From contig CBDHEC010000047.1 in NCBI GenBank assembly GCA_965261975.1, positions 1 through 64,000 of the forward strand: 64,000 nucleotides of DNA, written 5' to 3'. The translations under genes were made by a program, and so were the position numbers. The notes beneath the pieces were generated by a model. It saw only the letters and a list, made by a program, of their open reading frames with translations. It was not told the DNA's origin and made no database searches. The stretch is from Alphaproteobacteria bacterium (GTDB taxonomy: Bacteria; Pseudomonadota; Alphaproteobacteria; UBA6615). Positions within the stretch are counted from its first letter, which is position 1, and each line of letters begins with the position of its first letter. Shown piece by piece: positions 18,789 to 28,863 of the stretch.

Positions 18789-19327
18789 TCCGGCTGTTCG
18801 TCGGCCTCGGTTTGCCCGAGGCTCTCAGTCAACGGTTGACGGGCTTGCGGGGACAGATTCCCGGGGCGCGCTGGGTGCCGCCGGAGAACCTGCACATCAC
18901 CCTGCGTTTCATCGGCGAGGTGGATGAAGACACGGCGAGCGAAGTCGATGCCGCCCTGTCCCGGATCGATGCGCCACCGTTCGACGTCACCTTGCAGGGT
19001 GTCGGGCATTTCGAATCGCGGGGCCTGGTGCGCGCCTTGTGGGCCGGGGTCGCGCGCGACCCGGCGCTGGATCACCTGCAGGCCCGGGTTGAGGCGGCCT
19101 GCCAGCGTGCCGGATTGGTGCCGGAGGGTCGGAAATTTCACCCCCATGTGACCCTCGCTCGGTGCCGGGACACGCGCACGGCACGGATCGCGGGGTTTCT
19201 GGCCGACCATGGCGGCTTTCGTGCGCCGGCGTTTCCGGTCGGGTCATTCGGGTTATATTCGTCGAGTCTCGGGCGGGGTGGCGCGATCTATATTCGCGAA
19301 GCCGACTATCCGCTCGATCGCCCGTGA
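18785..19327 (+). CDS. thpR: RNA 2',3'-cyclic phosphodiesterase (2H family)
   Basis: Two HxT motifs: LHITLRFIG and PHVTLAR. Confidence 0.93.
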   Translation: MIRLFVGLGLPEALSQRLTGLRGQIPGARWVPPENLHITLRFIGEVDEDTASEVDAALSRIDAPPFDVTLQGVGHFESRGLVRALWAGVARDPALDHLQARVEAACQRAGLVPEGRKFHPHVTLARCRDTRTARIAGFLADHGGFRAPAFPVGSFGLYSSSLGRGGAIYIREADYPLDRP

Positions 19328-19340
19328 ACAGGAAATGCCC

Positions 19341-20078
19341 ATGAGTCTCCGCGATAATATTTCCCCGTCCGATCCGATCGTCATTCTGACGGGCGCGGGG
19401 ATTTCCAAGGAGTCCGGGCTGCAGACCTTTCGCGACCCGGACGGGATTTGGGCGAAGCACAAGATCGAAGATGTCGCGACGCCCCAGGCATTTGCCCGTG
19501 ACCCGGAGGCCGTCCTGGGGTTTTACAACATACGCCGTGCCCAGATGAGCGATAGCGACATCCAGCCCAATGCCGCCCATCGCGCGCTGGGGGCGCTCGA
19601 GGGGTTCTGGCCGGGTGGCGTTCTTCTCGTGACCCAGAATATCGACGACCTGCACGCGCGCGGCGGCAGCCGGAACCTCATTCATATGCATGGCGAGCTG
19701 GCGAAGACCCGCTGCAATGAGTGCGGCGATATCGTGGGCGGAATCGGGGACATCGAGGTCGCGATGACATGCGCCAAGTGCGGTGCGGCGGGCACGATGC
19801 GGCCCCATGTGGTCTGGTTCGGAGAGATGCCCCTGGAAATGGATCGGATCGGGGCTGCGCTCGCCGGCTGCGGCCTGTTCGTCTCGATCGGCACGTCGGG
19901 CAACGTCTACCCGGCGGCCGGCTTCGTGCAGGAGGCACGTACGCATGGTGCCTATACGGTCGAACTCAATCTCGAGGAATCTCTCGGCGCGAGCCTGTTT
20001 CAGGAGGGGCGTTACGGCCCCGCCACCGAGATCGTGACCGCCTTTGTCGACGAGCTCCAGGCGCTTGCCCGTAGCTGA
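19341..20078 (+). CDS. cobB: NAD-dependent protein deacylase (class III sirtuin)
   Basis: TGAGISKESG, YNIR (YxxR desuccinylase motif), TQNID, HG, CxxC..CxxC, RPHVVWFGE. Confidence 0.95.
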   Translation: MSLRDNISPSDPIVILTGAGISKESGLQTFRDPDGIWAKHKIEDVATPQAFARDPEAVLGFYNIRRAQMSDSDIQPNAAHRALGALEGFWPGGVLLVTQNIDDLHARGGSRNLIHMHGELAKTRCNECGDIVGGIGDIEVAMTCAKCGAAGTMRPHVVWFGEMPLEMDRIGAALAGCGLFVSIGTSGNVYPAAGFVQEARTHGAYTVELNLEESLGASLFQEGRYGPATEIVTAFVDELQALARS

Positions 20079-20652
20079 ACCATCTCTCGACGAGATCCTG
20101 GCGAACGCGCGCGCGTGCACCCTTTGCGACGAGCTGCCGCTCGGGCCGCTGCCGCTGGTTCGCGCGTCGGCCTCCGCGAGACTTCTGATCATCAGCCAGG
20201 CACCGGGTACGAAGGCCCATGCGAGCGGCCTGTCCTTCGACGACCCCTCCGGCGAACGGCTGCGTGACTGGCTCGGGATGGACCGCGAGACTTTCTACGA
20301 TGAGGCGCGTGTGGCGATCATGCCCATGGGATTTTGTTATCCAGGTCGCCTGCCGCAGGGCGGCGATGCACCGCCGCGTCCCGAATGCGCGCCGCTCTGG
20401 CATGCCCCCATTCTGGCGGCGATGCCCGAAGTGCGGCTTACCCTTTATGTGGGCAGCTATGCGATCCGGTCTTTTCTGCCGGGCTACCGGACCATGACCG
20501 ATGCGGTGGCCGACTGGCGCGCTCACGGGATGGAAATCCTGCCGCTGCCGCATCCCAGCTGGCGGACGAACGGGTGGGAGAAGAAAAACCCGTGGTTTGT
20601 GACGCAGCTGCTGCCGGAGCTGCGGAAACGCCTGAGCGCGATCGGAATCTAG
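20065..20652 (+). CDS. Uracil-DNA glycosylase superfamily protein
   Basis: LIISQAPG, MGFCYPG..GDAPPRPEC, LPHPSWR. TTG start assumed. Confidence 0.88.
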   Translation: MPVAEPSLDEILANARACTLCDELPLGPLPLVRASASARLLIISQAPGTKAHASGLSFDDPSGERLRDWLGMDRETFYDEARVAIMPMGFCYPGRLPQGGDAPPRPECAPLWHAPILAAMPEVRLTLYVGSYAIRSFLPGYRTMTDAVADWRAHGMEILPLPHPSWRTNGWEKKNPWFVTQLLPELRKRLSAIGI

Positions 20653-21056
20653 CCCGGGTTGGCCTCGATCTGTTCCATGTCGTCATCTGAAAAGCCGAAA
20701 TGATGGCCAATCTCGTGGATCAGCACATGGCGCACGAGGTGGTACAGATTCTCGTCGGTCTCGCACCAATAGTCGAGGAGCGGGCGGCGGTAGAGATAGA
20801 TGCGGTCGATGTCGCTGGGGGTATCCGCGACCGACTTCTGATCGAGGCTGACCCCCACATACAGGCCGAGAATGTCGAACGGGCTTTCGAGCTCCATCGC
20901 CGCCATCGTTTCCTCATCGGGGAAATCGACGACGTGGATCACCACATCCGCGACATGGCGCGAAAGCGCATGCGGGATCGTTGCGAATGCCTCGCCGGCA
21001 ATCGCTTCGAGCTCCACGAGGGAGGGGGATGATTCGTATCTTCCGGTTGCAGCCAT
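20649..21056 (-). CDS. Zincin-like metallopeptidase (Zincin_1/DUF1025)
   Basis: ILGLYVG..IYLYRRP..HVLIHEIGHHFG. Confidence 0.9.
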   Translation of the reverse strand: MAATGRYESSPSLVELEAIAGEAFATIPHALSRHVADVVIHVVDFPDEETMAAMELESPFDILGLYVGVSLDQKSVADTPSDIDRIYLYRRPLLDYWCETDENLYHLVRHVLIHEIGHHFGFSDDDMEQIEANPG

Positions 21057-21142
21057 GACGCTCTCATATAGGGGGCCTTGATCGCGACGCCAAGCACCGT
21101 CAGTTTTGAGGGCAAGAGATAACGGAAACAAAGGAGGCCGTG

Positions 21143-21433
21143 ATGGCCGAGAAACTCGAAGGCGCGGACCGTGAAACGGCGCTGGCCTCCCTTGATGAAT
21201 GGACATTGGTCGAGGGCCGTGACGCGATAACCCGCACGTTCCTTTTCGCCGACTTCAACGCGGCATTCGGTTTCATGAGTCGCGCCGCGCTAAAGGCCGA
21301 GGCGATGAACCATCACCCCGAATGGTTCAATGTCTGGAACCGGGTCGAGGTCACGTTGTCGACCCATGATGCCGGCGGATTGACCGTGCTCGATACGGAA
21401 CTCGCGGCGTTCATGGATGCCGCGGCCGGCTAG
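21143..21433 (+). CDS. phhB: Pterin-4a-carbinolamine dehydratase
   Basis: [25 protein letters not shown]; AGGAGG RBS. Confidence 0.95.
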   Translation: MAEKLEGADRETALASLDEWTLVEGRDAITRTFLFADFNAAFGFMSRAALKAEAMNHHPEWFNVWNRVEVTLSTHDAGGLTVLDTELAAFMDAAAG

Positions 21434-22191
21434 CGGGCGGCCATGCGCAATGCGCCGTCCAGGCGCATCACCGCACCATTGATCAGTACGTTCTCGCACA
21501 TGTGCATAACGAGGCTCGCATACTCCTCGGCGCGGCCCAGGCGTTTTGGGAATTCGGGCTGCTCGGCCAGGCTGGCGCGGGCCTCGTCGGGCAGACCGGC
21601 CATCATCGGCGTGTCGATCAGGCCCGGCGCGATGGTGTTGACGCGGATGCCGCGGGACGCGAACTCGCGCGCGGCGACCAGGTTAAGCGACACGATCCCA
21701 CCCTTGGACGAGGCGTAGGCGGCCTGGCCGATCTGGCCTTCCGTCGCTGCCACCGAGGCGGTGCTGATGATCAGGCCGCGTTCGCCGTCGTCGAATGGCT
21801 CCGCCTCGCCGAGCTCGGCGGCGAACAGGCGCATCATGTTGAATGAGCCGACCAGATTGACCTGGATGACGAAGTTGAAGGCGTCGAGCGGCAGCGGGCC
21901 GTTGCGCCCGACGATTCGCCCGGGGGTGCCCACGCCGGCGCAATTGACCAGCAGGCGCCCGACACCGTTGGCGTCGCGCGCGGCCGCGATGGCGGCTTCG
22001 CCGCTGTCGGCGCTGGTCACGTCGCATTCGATGGCGATGCCGCCGATCTCGTCGGCGACGGCGTTGGCGCCGTCCATGTTGACGTCAAGCAAAGACACTT
22101 TCATGCCCGCCTTCGCACAGTGGCGCGCCACCTCCGCGCCGATGCCGGAGCCACCACCCGTGATAACCGCTGCCAGTCCGTTGACGTCCAT
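21430..22191 (-). CDS. SDR, 3-hydroxyacyl-CoA dehydrogenase type 2 (HSD17B10-like)
   Basis: [31 protein letters not shown]. Confidence 0.92.
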   Translation of the reverse strand: MDVNGLAAVITGGGSGIGAEVARHCAKAGMKVSLLDVNMDGANAVADEIGGIAIECDVTSADSGEAAIAAARDANGVGRLLVNCAGVGTPGRIVGRNGPLPLDAFNFVIQVNLVGSFNMMRLFAAELGEAEPFDDGERGLIISTASVAATEGQIGQAAYASSKGGIVSLNLVAAREFASRGIRVNTIAPGLIDTPMMAGLPDEARASLAEQPEFPKRLGRAEEYASLVMHMCENVLINGAVMRLDGALRMAAR

Positions 22192-22263
22192 GATGATCTC
22201 CCTGATGTGTGAAGCTGGTTGGTCTTGGTTTTACAATGCGGCCCGGTTGCCTTCAATGCGCGC

Positions 22264-23268
22264 TCAGCCGCCGCGTGGGCGCAGACGATCCGGGTCGAGA
22301 CCGAGAATCCAGCCTTCGAGATCACGTCGCACCGGGTCGCGCGGGTCGCCCGGTGTCCGGTGGCCGAAGACCACGTTGAGCATGCCGAACAGGCCCACTG
22401 TCGCATCGAAACGGTCCTCGCCGTCGCCGCCTGGTCCGAACCCGTCGCGGATGTCGGCGGCAAGTGCTGCGGATAACACGACGTCGTTGTCGGCGGCCCA
22501 GGCGAGCAGGGGTGCGGCATCGTCGCGCCGGTCGGCCTGATTGCGCTTTGACTTGTTGGGGGCGCCGATCCTCAGGCGTAAATGGGAATAGACCTCGCCG
22601 GGGTAGGTCTCGGCCACGGTGATTCCCGGGCGGTCGAGCAATGTTGCGAGATCACCGTCGAATGGCCAAATATGAAAGGCGTTTCGGCTGCGCCGAGCCG
22701 GTGCAACCAGGTCGCGCCAGCCGCAAATCGCCGCCTTGCCAACCTGCTGTCCGCCAAGGGTCCAGAACAGGGGGCTCGCCGCGAAGCGCAGGTCCGTCGG
22801 GTGGTCGCAGACCCGTCGCAGATCGTCGATACTCTCGACACCGAGTCCGTCCGTCAGATGCTTGTGTCGGGTCCCGCCGGGTTTGTCGGGATAGAACGGA
22901 CGGCGAATCGAAATCTCGTGCTGCGCGCCGGCAGGGTTGTAGAAATCCGACCAGCGGCCGCGGCCGAACAGTCCCAGCGCGGAGACGAAGTGGTCGATGC
23001 CTGCGCTGGCGGCATAGGCTTCCGGCAGGCCCAGCGGGAAATCGAACCCGGCAAACACGGTTTCACCCGGGCCCGCGCCGGCCGCCAGCCGGTCGAAGAA
23101 ATCGTCGATCTGGCTGACGGGTTCGGGCGCGAGGGCCACATATCCGCCTGCCGTGGTGCGCGCGGCGTGCGCGACCCAACGCTTGCGCGCGTCCACCGAC
23201 CAGTCGGCATGGGCCAACACCGCCGGCGGCGCGAGTCCGGCGATGCGCCGGATCGCCCGGGCGTTCAT
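22264..23268 (-). CDS. DUF429-like protein (predicted RNase H-fold nuclease)
   Basis: HADWS, AGFDFPLGLP, AETYPGE, DRFDA, EGWILG. Confidence 0.7.
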   Translation of the reverse strand: MNARAIRRIAGLAPPAVLAHADWSVDARKRWVAHAARTTAGGYVALAPEPVSQIDDFFDRLAAGAGPGETVFAGFDFPLGLPEAYAASAGIDHFVSALGLFGRGRWSDFYNPAGAQHEISIRRPFYPDKPGGTRHKHLTDGLGVESIDDLRRVCDHPTDLRFAASPLFWTLGGQQVGKAAICGWRDLVAPARRSRNAFHIWPFDGDLATLLDRPGITVAETYPGEVYSHLRLRIGAPNKSKRNQADRRDDAAPLLAWAADNDVVLSAALAADIRDGFGPGGDGEDRFDATVGLFGMLNVVFGHRTPGDPRDPVRRDLEGWILGLDPDRLRPRGG

Positions 23269-23343
23269 GCGGCGCCTTCCCGGTTACCGTCGTGCCGCGA
23301 GGTTCGCAGTCTAGTGCCGTCGGACGCCGTCATGATGGTGCAC

Positions 23344-24438
23344 CTACCCGGCCGCCGCAGCCGTCATTGCCTTCGCATAGCGGCCGGCGGCGGCCAGCGG
23401 CCCGACGCTTTGCTCGATCAACGGCATGACTTCTCGTCCGAAGCGCCGGATCGACGTTATGACCGCCTCATGGTCGGTATCGCCGATGGTCATGTACAGC
23501 GCGATGTGATCCGAACCGACTTTCTGGATTTCCTCGACCAGCCGTTCGGCCACGGTTTCGGGGTCGCCGATCGGGTTCCATCTGAGTATGTCTTCCGGCG
23601 ACATCTCGCCGTCGAACGCCTGCTCCGGCAACCAGGGTGCATCAAGTTCGGTTTGGCCCTGGCGCAGGAAAGACGAGAGCCGAACCTGCGAGCGGGCGTT
23701 CTCGGCATAGGCGAGCGCCTCTGCCTTGTCGTCGGTCACGAAGCAGTATCGCAGGGTGCCGAAGCGGATTGTTTCCGGGTCCCGGCCTGCCGCCTGCCAG
23801 GTCTCGTCGGCGCCGGCGCGAATCTCGGCCAGTGTATCGGCGTCACGGCCGAAGCCCGTCGCGATCAGGGGGTAGTCACCCTTGAGGGCGCGCTGCTGGG
23901 ATCCCGGGCTGTTGCCGGCGATCCAGATTTGGGGCCGGGGTGTCTGGATGGGGTCGACCGTGAACCAGGTCTGCGGCAGGTCGATATACTTGCCGTGAAA
24001 CTCGAAGGACTCCTGGCCGAGGCCGCCGGCGAGGAAGTCGATCCACTCATCCGTGATCGCACTGGATTCGGCGAGATCGATGCCAAACCGCCGCAACTCG
24101 TAGGCCTGGTAGCCACTGCCCAGGCCGACGATCAGCCGCCCTTCGGCCAGATTGTCGGCAAACGCGATATCGCCCAGCAAACGAGCGGGTTGATAGAGCG
24201 CCGGCAGAACAACCGCGGTTCCGAGTTTGATGCGCGCGGTCTGTGGCGCGACGTGGCCGACCATCATCAACGGCGAGGGTGCCATCGAGTAGTTGGTGAA
24301 ATGATGTTCGGTGAACCATGAAACGCCGAACCCAGCGGTCTCGGCGGCCTGAATGTGCTCGACGGTTTCGGCGATAACCTGCGGCACCGTCTGACTGCGG
24401 TGGCGGCGGTTCATCAGGTTGAATATGCCGAAATCCAT
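23344..24438 (-). CDS. LLM-class flavin-dependent oxidoreductase
   Basis: WFTEHHF, RIKLGTAVVL, GRLIVGLGSGY. Confidence 0.9.
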   Translation of the reverse strand: MDFGIFNLMNRRHRSQTVPQVIAETVEHIQAAETAGFGVSWFTEHHFTNYSMAPSPLMMVGHVAPQTARIKLGTAVVLPALYQPARLLGDIAFADNLAEGRLIVGLGSGYQAYELRRFGIDLAESSAITDEWIDFLAGGLGQESFEFHGKYIDLPQTWFTVDPIQTPRPQIWIAGNSPGSQQRALKGDYPLIATGFGRDADTLAEIRAGADETWQAAGRDPETIRFGTLRYCFVTDDKAEALAYAENARSQVRLSSFLRQGQTELDAPWLPEQAFDGEMSPEDILRWNPIGDPETVAERLVEEIQKVGSDHIALYMTIGDTDHEAVITSIRRFGREVMPLIEQSVGPLAAAGRYAKAMTAAAAG

Positions 24439-24495
24439 GAAATCCCCCTACGACGATCTGGCGTATTAACCCGCCGCGGACGGGGGGGAGTCAAG

Positions 24496-25386
24496 TCAGC
24501 CGGGGTCGGGTTCGCGTGTTCCCAGACGGGCCGAGGAGAGTGTGGCGCCGACAATCACCAGGGCGCCGAGGATGGTGAAAATATCGGGCACTTCGCCAAA
24601 GGCCAGATAGGCAATCAACGCGATCAGCGGCAGGCGAATATAGTCGAAGGGCGCAACCAGGGACGCCTCGGCGAGATCGAAGGCCCAGGCGACCAGGAAT
24701 ATGGCGGCCGTCCCGAGCCCGCCCATGGCCGCGGACCGCCAGGTGGCGTCCCAGCTCGGCCACTGCCATTCGGGCAAGGCGATCAGGGTCAGCAACAGCG
24801 CAGACCAGACGGTCTGATAGAAGGTGATGGTGGATTTCGGTTCCGTGCTGCCCAGCCGTTTCATGAGGATGAACCAGAACGCGTAGGCGACGGCAAACCC
24901 GAGCGGCAGCATGGATACGGGCGAAACGGGCACCACACCGGGGCGCAGGATGATCAGCACGCCCCCGAAACCCACCGCGATCGCAAGCCAGCGCATCATC
25001 GACACCCGTTCCCGGAGCAGGAGCACGGCCATGACGGTGGCAAACAGGGGTGCGGTGAAACTGAGAGAGGTGGCGAGCGCGAGCGGAAGCAGGGCGAGGC
25101 CGGAGAACAGGAACAGGGTCGAGGCGACGGTGGTCATGCCGGCCAGAAAATGCAGCCCGTGACGGCGCGTGTGCAGCATATGGCCGCGACTGCGGATCAG
25201 CCAGGGCAGCATCAACGGCACGGCCCAGAGAAATCGAAGCGCGGAGGTTTCCAGCGCCCCGACCTCGTCGGCAACGGACCGCACCAGGGCGTGATTGCCC
25301 GCCAGGCAGGCGGCACCCGTGACCATGGCAACGATCGCGACAATATTGCGCGGTAGCCCGAAAAGGCGTGGTCGCTTGTCGGTCAT
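24496..25386 (-). CDS. EamA/DMT family transporter
   Basis: Starts MTDKRP; FTAPLF..LLRERV, APFDYIRL. Confidence 0.9.
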   Translation of the reverse strand: MTDKRPRLFGLPRNIVAIVAMVTGAACLAGNHALVRSVADEVGALETSALRFLWAVPLMLPWLIRSRGHMLHTRRHGLHFLAGMTTVASTLFLFSGLALLPLALATSLSFTAPLFATVMAVLLLRERVSMMRWLAIAVGFGGVLIILRPGVVPVSPVSMLPLGFAVAYAFWFILMKRLGSTEPKSTITFYQTVWSALLLTLIALPEWQWPSWDATWRSAAMGGLGTAAIFLVAWAFDLAEASLVAPFDYIRLPLIALIAYLAFGEVPDIFTILGALVIVGATLSSARLGTREPDPG

Positions 25387-26285
25387 GTCGTGGTGGTCGT
25401 GGCGATGCGCTTGGCTGCAAGCGCCTCGCGCCGGGCAATGTAGACCGCCGAACACCCGATAATTGTCGCTCCCACAATGGTCCAGACATCGAGGATCTCG
25501 GCGAACCAGAAGAATCCGATCAGGACCGCCATGGGTAGCCGGATGAACTCCAGCGGCACAATCGCAGAGGCCTCGGCCAGGCTCATCGCTTTGGTCAACA
25601 TTAGATGGGCCACGGTCGTGGTCACGCCGATCGCAAATGCCACGGCCCACATGACGGGGCTCGGCCAGGCCCAAACCACGATCGCCGGGATGAGGGTGAA
25701 GAAGGTGATGGCGAGGTTGAAGGTCAGGACGATCGCCCGGGTGCTGTCCTCCTGGGACATGACCCGGATCAGCAACACGTTGACCGCGATCGACATCGCG
25801 CTGCCCAGCGCCAGCAATGCGCCCAGCTGGACGGTCTCGACGCCCGGCCTGACCACGATTAGCACACCGATGAAACCGATGATGGTCGCTGTCCAGCGAC
25901 GTGCGCGTACCACTTCGCCGAGGAAAATTGCCGCCAGGACCGTGGCGAACAGTGGGGATGTGAAGTTCAGGGCGACCGCCTCGCCCAGGGGCATGATCGC
26001 GATGGCGGTAAACCAGGCCAGGGTGTTCACGGCGGAAAGCGCACCCCGGATGAGGTGAAGTTTCGGGCGTTTGAGCCGCAGGTCGGAGAAATCCCAGCCG
26101 CGAAGAATCAGGGGCAGCATGAAGATCAGGCCGAAGGTCGAACGCAGGAAGCCGATTTGAAACGGGTGTAGCTCGGTGCTGGCGAAACGCACGAGCCCGT
26201 GGCCGGCTGAAAACAGCATCATCGCCCCGACCATCAGGGAAATCGCGACAACGGTGGGGGACATGGTGGCGAGACGATTGGGCAT
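25383..26285 (-). CDS. EamA/DMT family transporter
   Basis: FTSPLF..FLGEVV, PLEFIRL. ATGA overlap with the next DMT gene. Confidence 0.9.
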   Translation of the reverse strand: MPNRLATMSPTVVAISLMVGAMMLFSAGHGLVRFASTELHPFQIGFLRSTFGLIFMLPLILRGWDFSDLRLKRPKLHLIRGALSAVNTLAWFTAIAIMPLGEAVALNFTSPLFATVLAAIFLGEVVRARRWTATIIGFIGVLIVVRPGVETVQLGALLALGSAMSIAVNVLLIRVMSQEDSTRAIVLTFNLAITFFTLIPAIVVWAWPSPVMWAVAFAIGVTTTVAHLMLTKAMSLAEASAIVPLEFIRLPMAVLIGFFWFAEILDVWTIVGATIIGCSAVYIARREALAAKRIATTTTT

Positions 26286-26481
26286 GGTCGGCCACAATAG
26301 AGCAGGAGCACCACGGCTCGATAGTCGACTCCTGCGTGGCAGATCTGCGGATTCGCCGCCTTGAAAAGGTTTGCGCGGGCTATGAAGGGGCTGCCTGGTT
26401 GGGCATAATCGGGCCAGACTGCTTTCGTTGACACTGGGCGTAAGACCCAAAAGAACAGAACATACAAATCGGGGCGAAGAG

Positions 26482-27183
26482 ATGAGCAAGAAGGTTTATG
26501 CGGACGCGAAGTCCGCACTCGACGGGCTACTCCATGATGGCATGACGATCCTCGCCGGAGGTTTCGGCCTGTGCGGCATTCCGGAGCACATGATCCTGGC
26601 GATCCGGGAATCAGGCGTGAAGGACCTCACCATCGCGTCGAACAATGCCGGGGTGGATGATTTCGGCCTCGGGCTTTTGCTGCAGACCCGCCAGGTCAAG
26701 AAGATGATCTCGTCCTATGTGGGTGAGAACAAGACCTTCGAAGCGCAGTTCCTGGCGGGTGAGCTGGAGCTGGAATTCAATCCGCAGGGTACGCTTGCCG
26801 AACGCTGTCGTGCAGGGGGCGCGGGAATCCCGGCCTTCTACACCAAGACCGGCGTCGGCACGATCATCGCGGAGGGCAAGGAAACCAAGGAGTTCGACGG
26901 TCAGACTTATGTCATGGAGCGTGGGCTAACCGGCGACCTTGCAATCATCAAGGCCTGGAAGGGCGACACGGCGGGGAACGTCGTCTTCCGCAAAACCGCG
27001 CGCAACTTCAACGCCCCGATGGCGACCGCAGGCAAGACCTGCGTCATCGAGGTCGAAGAGCTGGTCGAACCCGGCGAACTCGATCCTGACGGTATCCACC
27101 TGCCCAGCATCTACACCCACCGGATCTTCCAGGGTCAGGATTTCGAGAAACGCATTGAGTTCCGGACCGTCAGCGACGGTTGA
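26482..27183 (+). CDS. scoA: 3-oxoacid CoA-transferase subunit A
   Basis: [24 protein letters not shown]. Confidence 0.95.
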   Translation: MSKKVYADAKSALDGLLHDGMTILAGGFGLCGIPEHMILAIRESGVKDLTIASNNAGVDDFGLGLLLQTRQVKKMISSYVGENKTFEAQFLAGELELEFNPQGTLAERCRAGGAGIPAFYTKTGVGTIIAEGKETKEFDGQTYVMERGLTGDLAIIKAWKGDTAGNVVFRKTARNFNAPMATAGKTCVIEVEELVEPGELDPDGIHLPSIYTHRIFQGQDFEKRIEFRTVSDG

Positions 27184-27217
27184 GCGGAACACGAAGACAA
27201 AGTGAAGGAGACGGAAA

Positions 27218-27850
27218 ATGGCTTGGACACGCGATGAAATGTGCGCCCGCGCGGCGCAGGAGCTCGAAGACGGTTTCTACGTCAATCTCGGTATCGGCAT
27301 GCCGACGAAGGTTGCAAACTTCATTCCCGCCGACATGGATGTGAACTTCCAGTCGGAGAACGGCATGCTCGGCATGGGCCCGTTCCCGACCGACAATGAG
27401 GTCGATGCCGACCTGATTAACGCCGGCAAGCAGACCATCACGGAGACGCCGAAATCGGTCTATTTCGACAGCGCACAATCCTTCGCGATGATCCGCGGCG
27501 GTCACATCAACATGTCGATCCTCGGCGCGTTGCAGGTGGCCGAGAATGGCGACCTCGCGAACTGGATGATCCCCGGCAAGATGGTCAAGGGCATGGGCGG
27601 CGCGATGGACTTGGTCGCCGGCGTCAAGCGTGTGGTGATCCTGATGGATCACAATGCCAAGGACGGTTCGGCCAAGCTGTTGAAGGAATGCAACCTGCCG
27701 CTCACGGGGGCAGGGGTGGTGGACGACATCATCACCGAGCTTGGCGTGTTCCGGATCGGGGATGGCAGCGTCCACATCGAGGAACTGGCGCCGGATGTAA
27801 CGGTCGACGAGGTGCGTGATCGCTCCGAAGCCACGATCGTGACGCAGTAA
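27218..27850 (+). CDS. scoB: 3-oxoacid CoA-transferase subunit B
   Basis: NLGIGMPT, QSENG active site, KGMGGAMDLV. Confidence 0.95.
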   Translation: MAWTRDEMCARAAQELEDGFYVNLGIGMPTKVANFIPADMDVNFQSENGMLGMGPFPTDNEVDADLINAGKQTITETPKSVYFDSAQSFAMIRGGHINMSILGALQVAENGDLANWMIPGKMVKGMGGAMDLVAGVKRVVILMDHNAKDGSAKLLKECNLPLTGAGVVDDIITELGVFRIGDGSVHIEELAPDVTVDEVRDRSEATIVTQ

Positions 27851-27894
27851 CCACTTCGAACACCAATCGGTTTTCGATGTTCGAGACAGGGACA

Positions 27895-27933
27895 GGGCCC
27901 CATGCCGCATAGTCAGCCGGATGGGGCCTTTTT
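27895..27933 (+). terminator. Rho-independent terminator after scoB
   Basis: GGCCCCAT..ATGGGGCC stem followed by TTTTT. Confidence 0.65.
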
Positions 27934-27948
27934 CTTGCCGGAGTTTCG

Positions 27949-28863
27949 GTGATGAATCGCGATGCGGTCCTCGGCGTGAGCGCGGGTGTCGTGGTGATGC
28001 TTTTATTTTCGGGCATGCTCGTGGTCTCGCGCTTCGGCGCGACCTCAAGCCTTACCGTGTACGACATGGCCGGTCTTCGGTTCGGCGTCGCCGGCATCTG
28101 CACCCTGCCGGTCATCCTGCTTATGCGCTGGCCGCGTCTCGAACTCTGGAAGATTCTGGTGATCGCCTCGACATCGGGCGCGCCCTTCGCGTTGTTTCTG
28201 TTTGGCGGGATGTCGTTCGCGCCGGTGGCTCATGGTGGCATCGTGACCAACGGCGCCATGCCGGTGATCGCGGCGGGTATCGGCTGGTTTGTCTTCGGCA
28301 ATCGCCTTGGCAGCTGGCGCGTGGTCGGTATCATCGTGATCGTGGGTGGCGTGCTGGCGACGGGCTGGGACGCGCTGGCCAACGGTATGCCGGGCCAGTG
28401 GCGCGGGCATCTTCTGTTTCTGGGCGCGGCGGCATGCAACGCCACGTTCCTGACGACCGTGCGCGGCTGGGGCATTACCGCGTTGCAGTCCCTGATCATC
28501 GTGAATGGAACCAACCTGCTGCTCTATGTGCCGATCTGGCTGCTTTTCCTTCCGAGTAACCTTGCCGCCACGCCGTGGCCGGAAATCGCCCTGCAGGGCG
28601 TGTATCAGGGCATCATCGCAGCCTTTATCGCGTCGATCCTGATTGCCCACGCCGCGCGCATGCTGGGCGGCATGCGGCAGGCCGCGGTGATGTCCGGGGC
28701 GCCGGCCGTGGCCGTTCTCATCGCGATCCCGACCCTGGGTGAGATTCCATCCACGATCAGCATCGTCGGGGTCATCGTCGTCACGGCCGGTATCCTGGTT
28801 GCGCTCGGCCCGGGTCTGTTGTCCGGTGCCGCGTCACCGCGTATGGCGAAGCCGGCACAATGA
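27949..28863 (+). CDS. EamA/DMT family transporter
   Basis: About 10 TM helices; paralogous to the next gene (LT.YD..LRFGVA, APVAHGG, LQGVYQGII). Confidence 0.88.
   Translation: MMNRDAVLGVSAGVVVMLLFSGMLVVSRFGATSSLTVYDMAGLRFGVAGICTLPVILLMRWPRLELWKILVIASTSGAPFALFLFGGMSFAPVAHGGIVTNGAMPVIAAGIGWFVFGNRLGSWRVVGIIVIVGGVLATGWDALANGMPGQWRGHLLFLGAAACNATFLTTVRGWGITALQSLIIVNGTNLLLYVPIWLLFLPSNLAATPWPEIALQGVYQGIIAAFIASILIAHAARMLGGMRQAAVMSGAPAVAVLIAIPTLGEIPSTISIVGVIVVTAGILVALGPGLLSGAASPRMAKPAQ

Noticed and set aside
19341-20078. Sirtuin as an anti-phage SIR2 effector
   Set aside because: It is a canonical zinc-binding CobB deacylase in a housekeeping context, with no defence partners.
22582-24321. 579-aa plus-strand ORF, and similar long ORFs at 7860-9008, 18987-20192 and 49399-50763
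   Set aside because: They are antisense shadows of well-supported genes in high-GC DNA and show no recognisable motifs.
24496-26295. 599-aa ORF suggesting one double-length transporter
   Set aside because: Its N-terminal half is an off-frame read of the upstream DMT gene. The real genes are two DMTs overlapping at ATGA (25383-25386).
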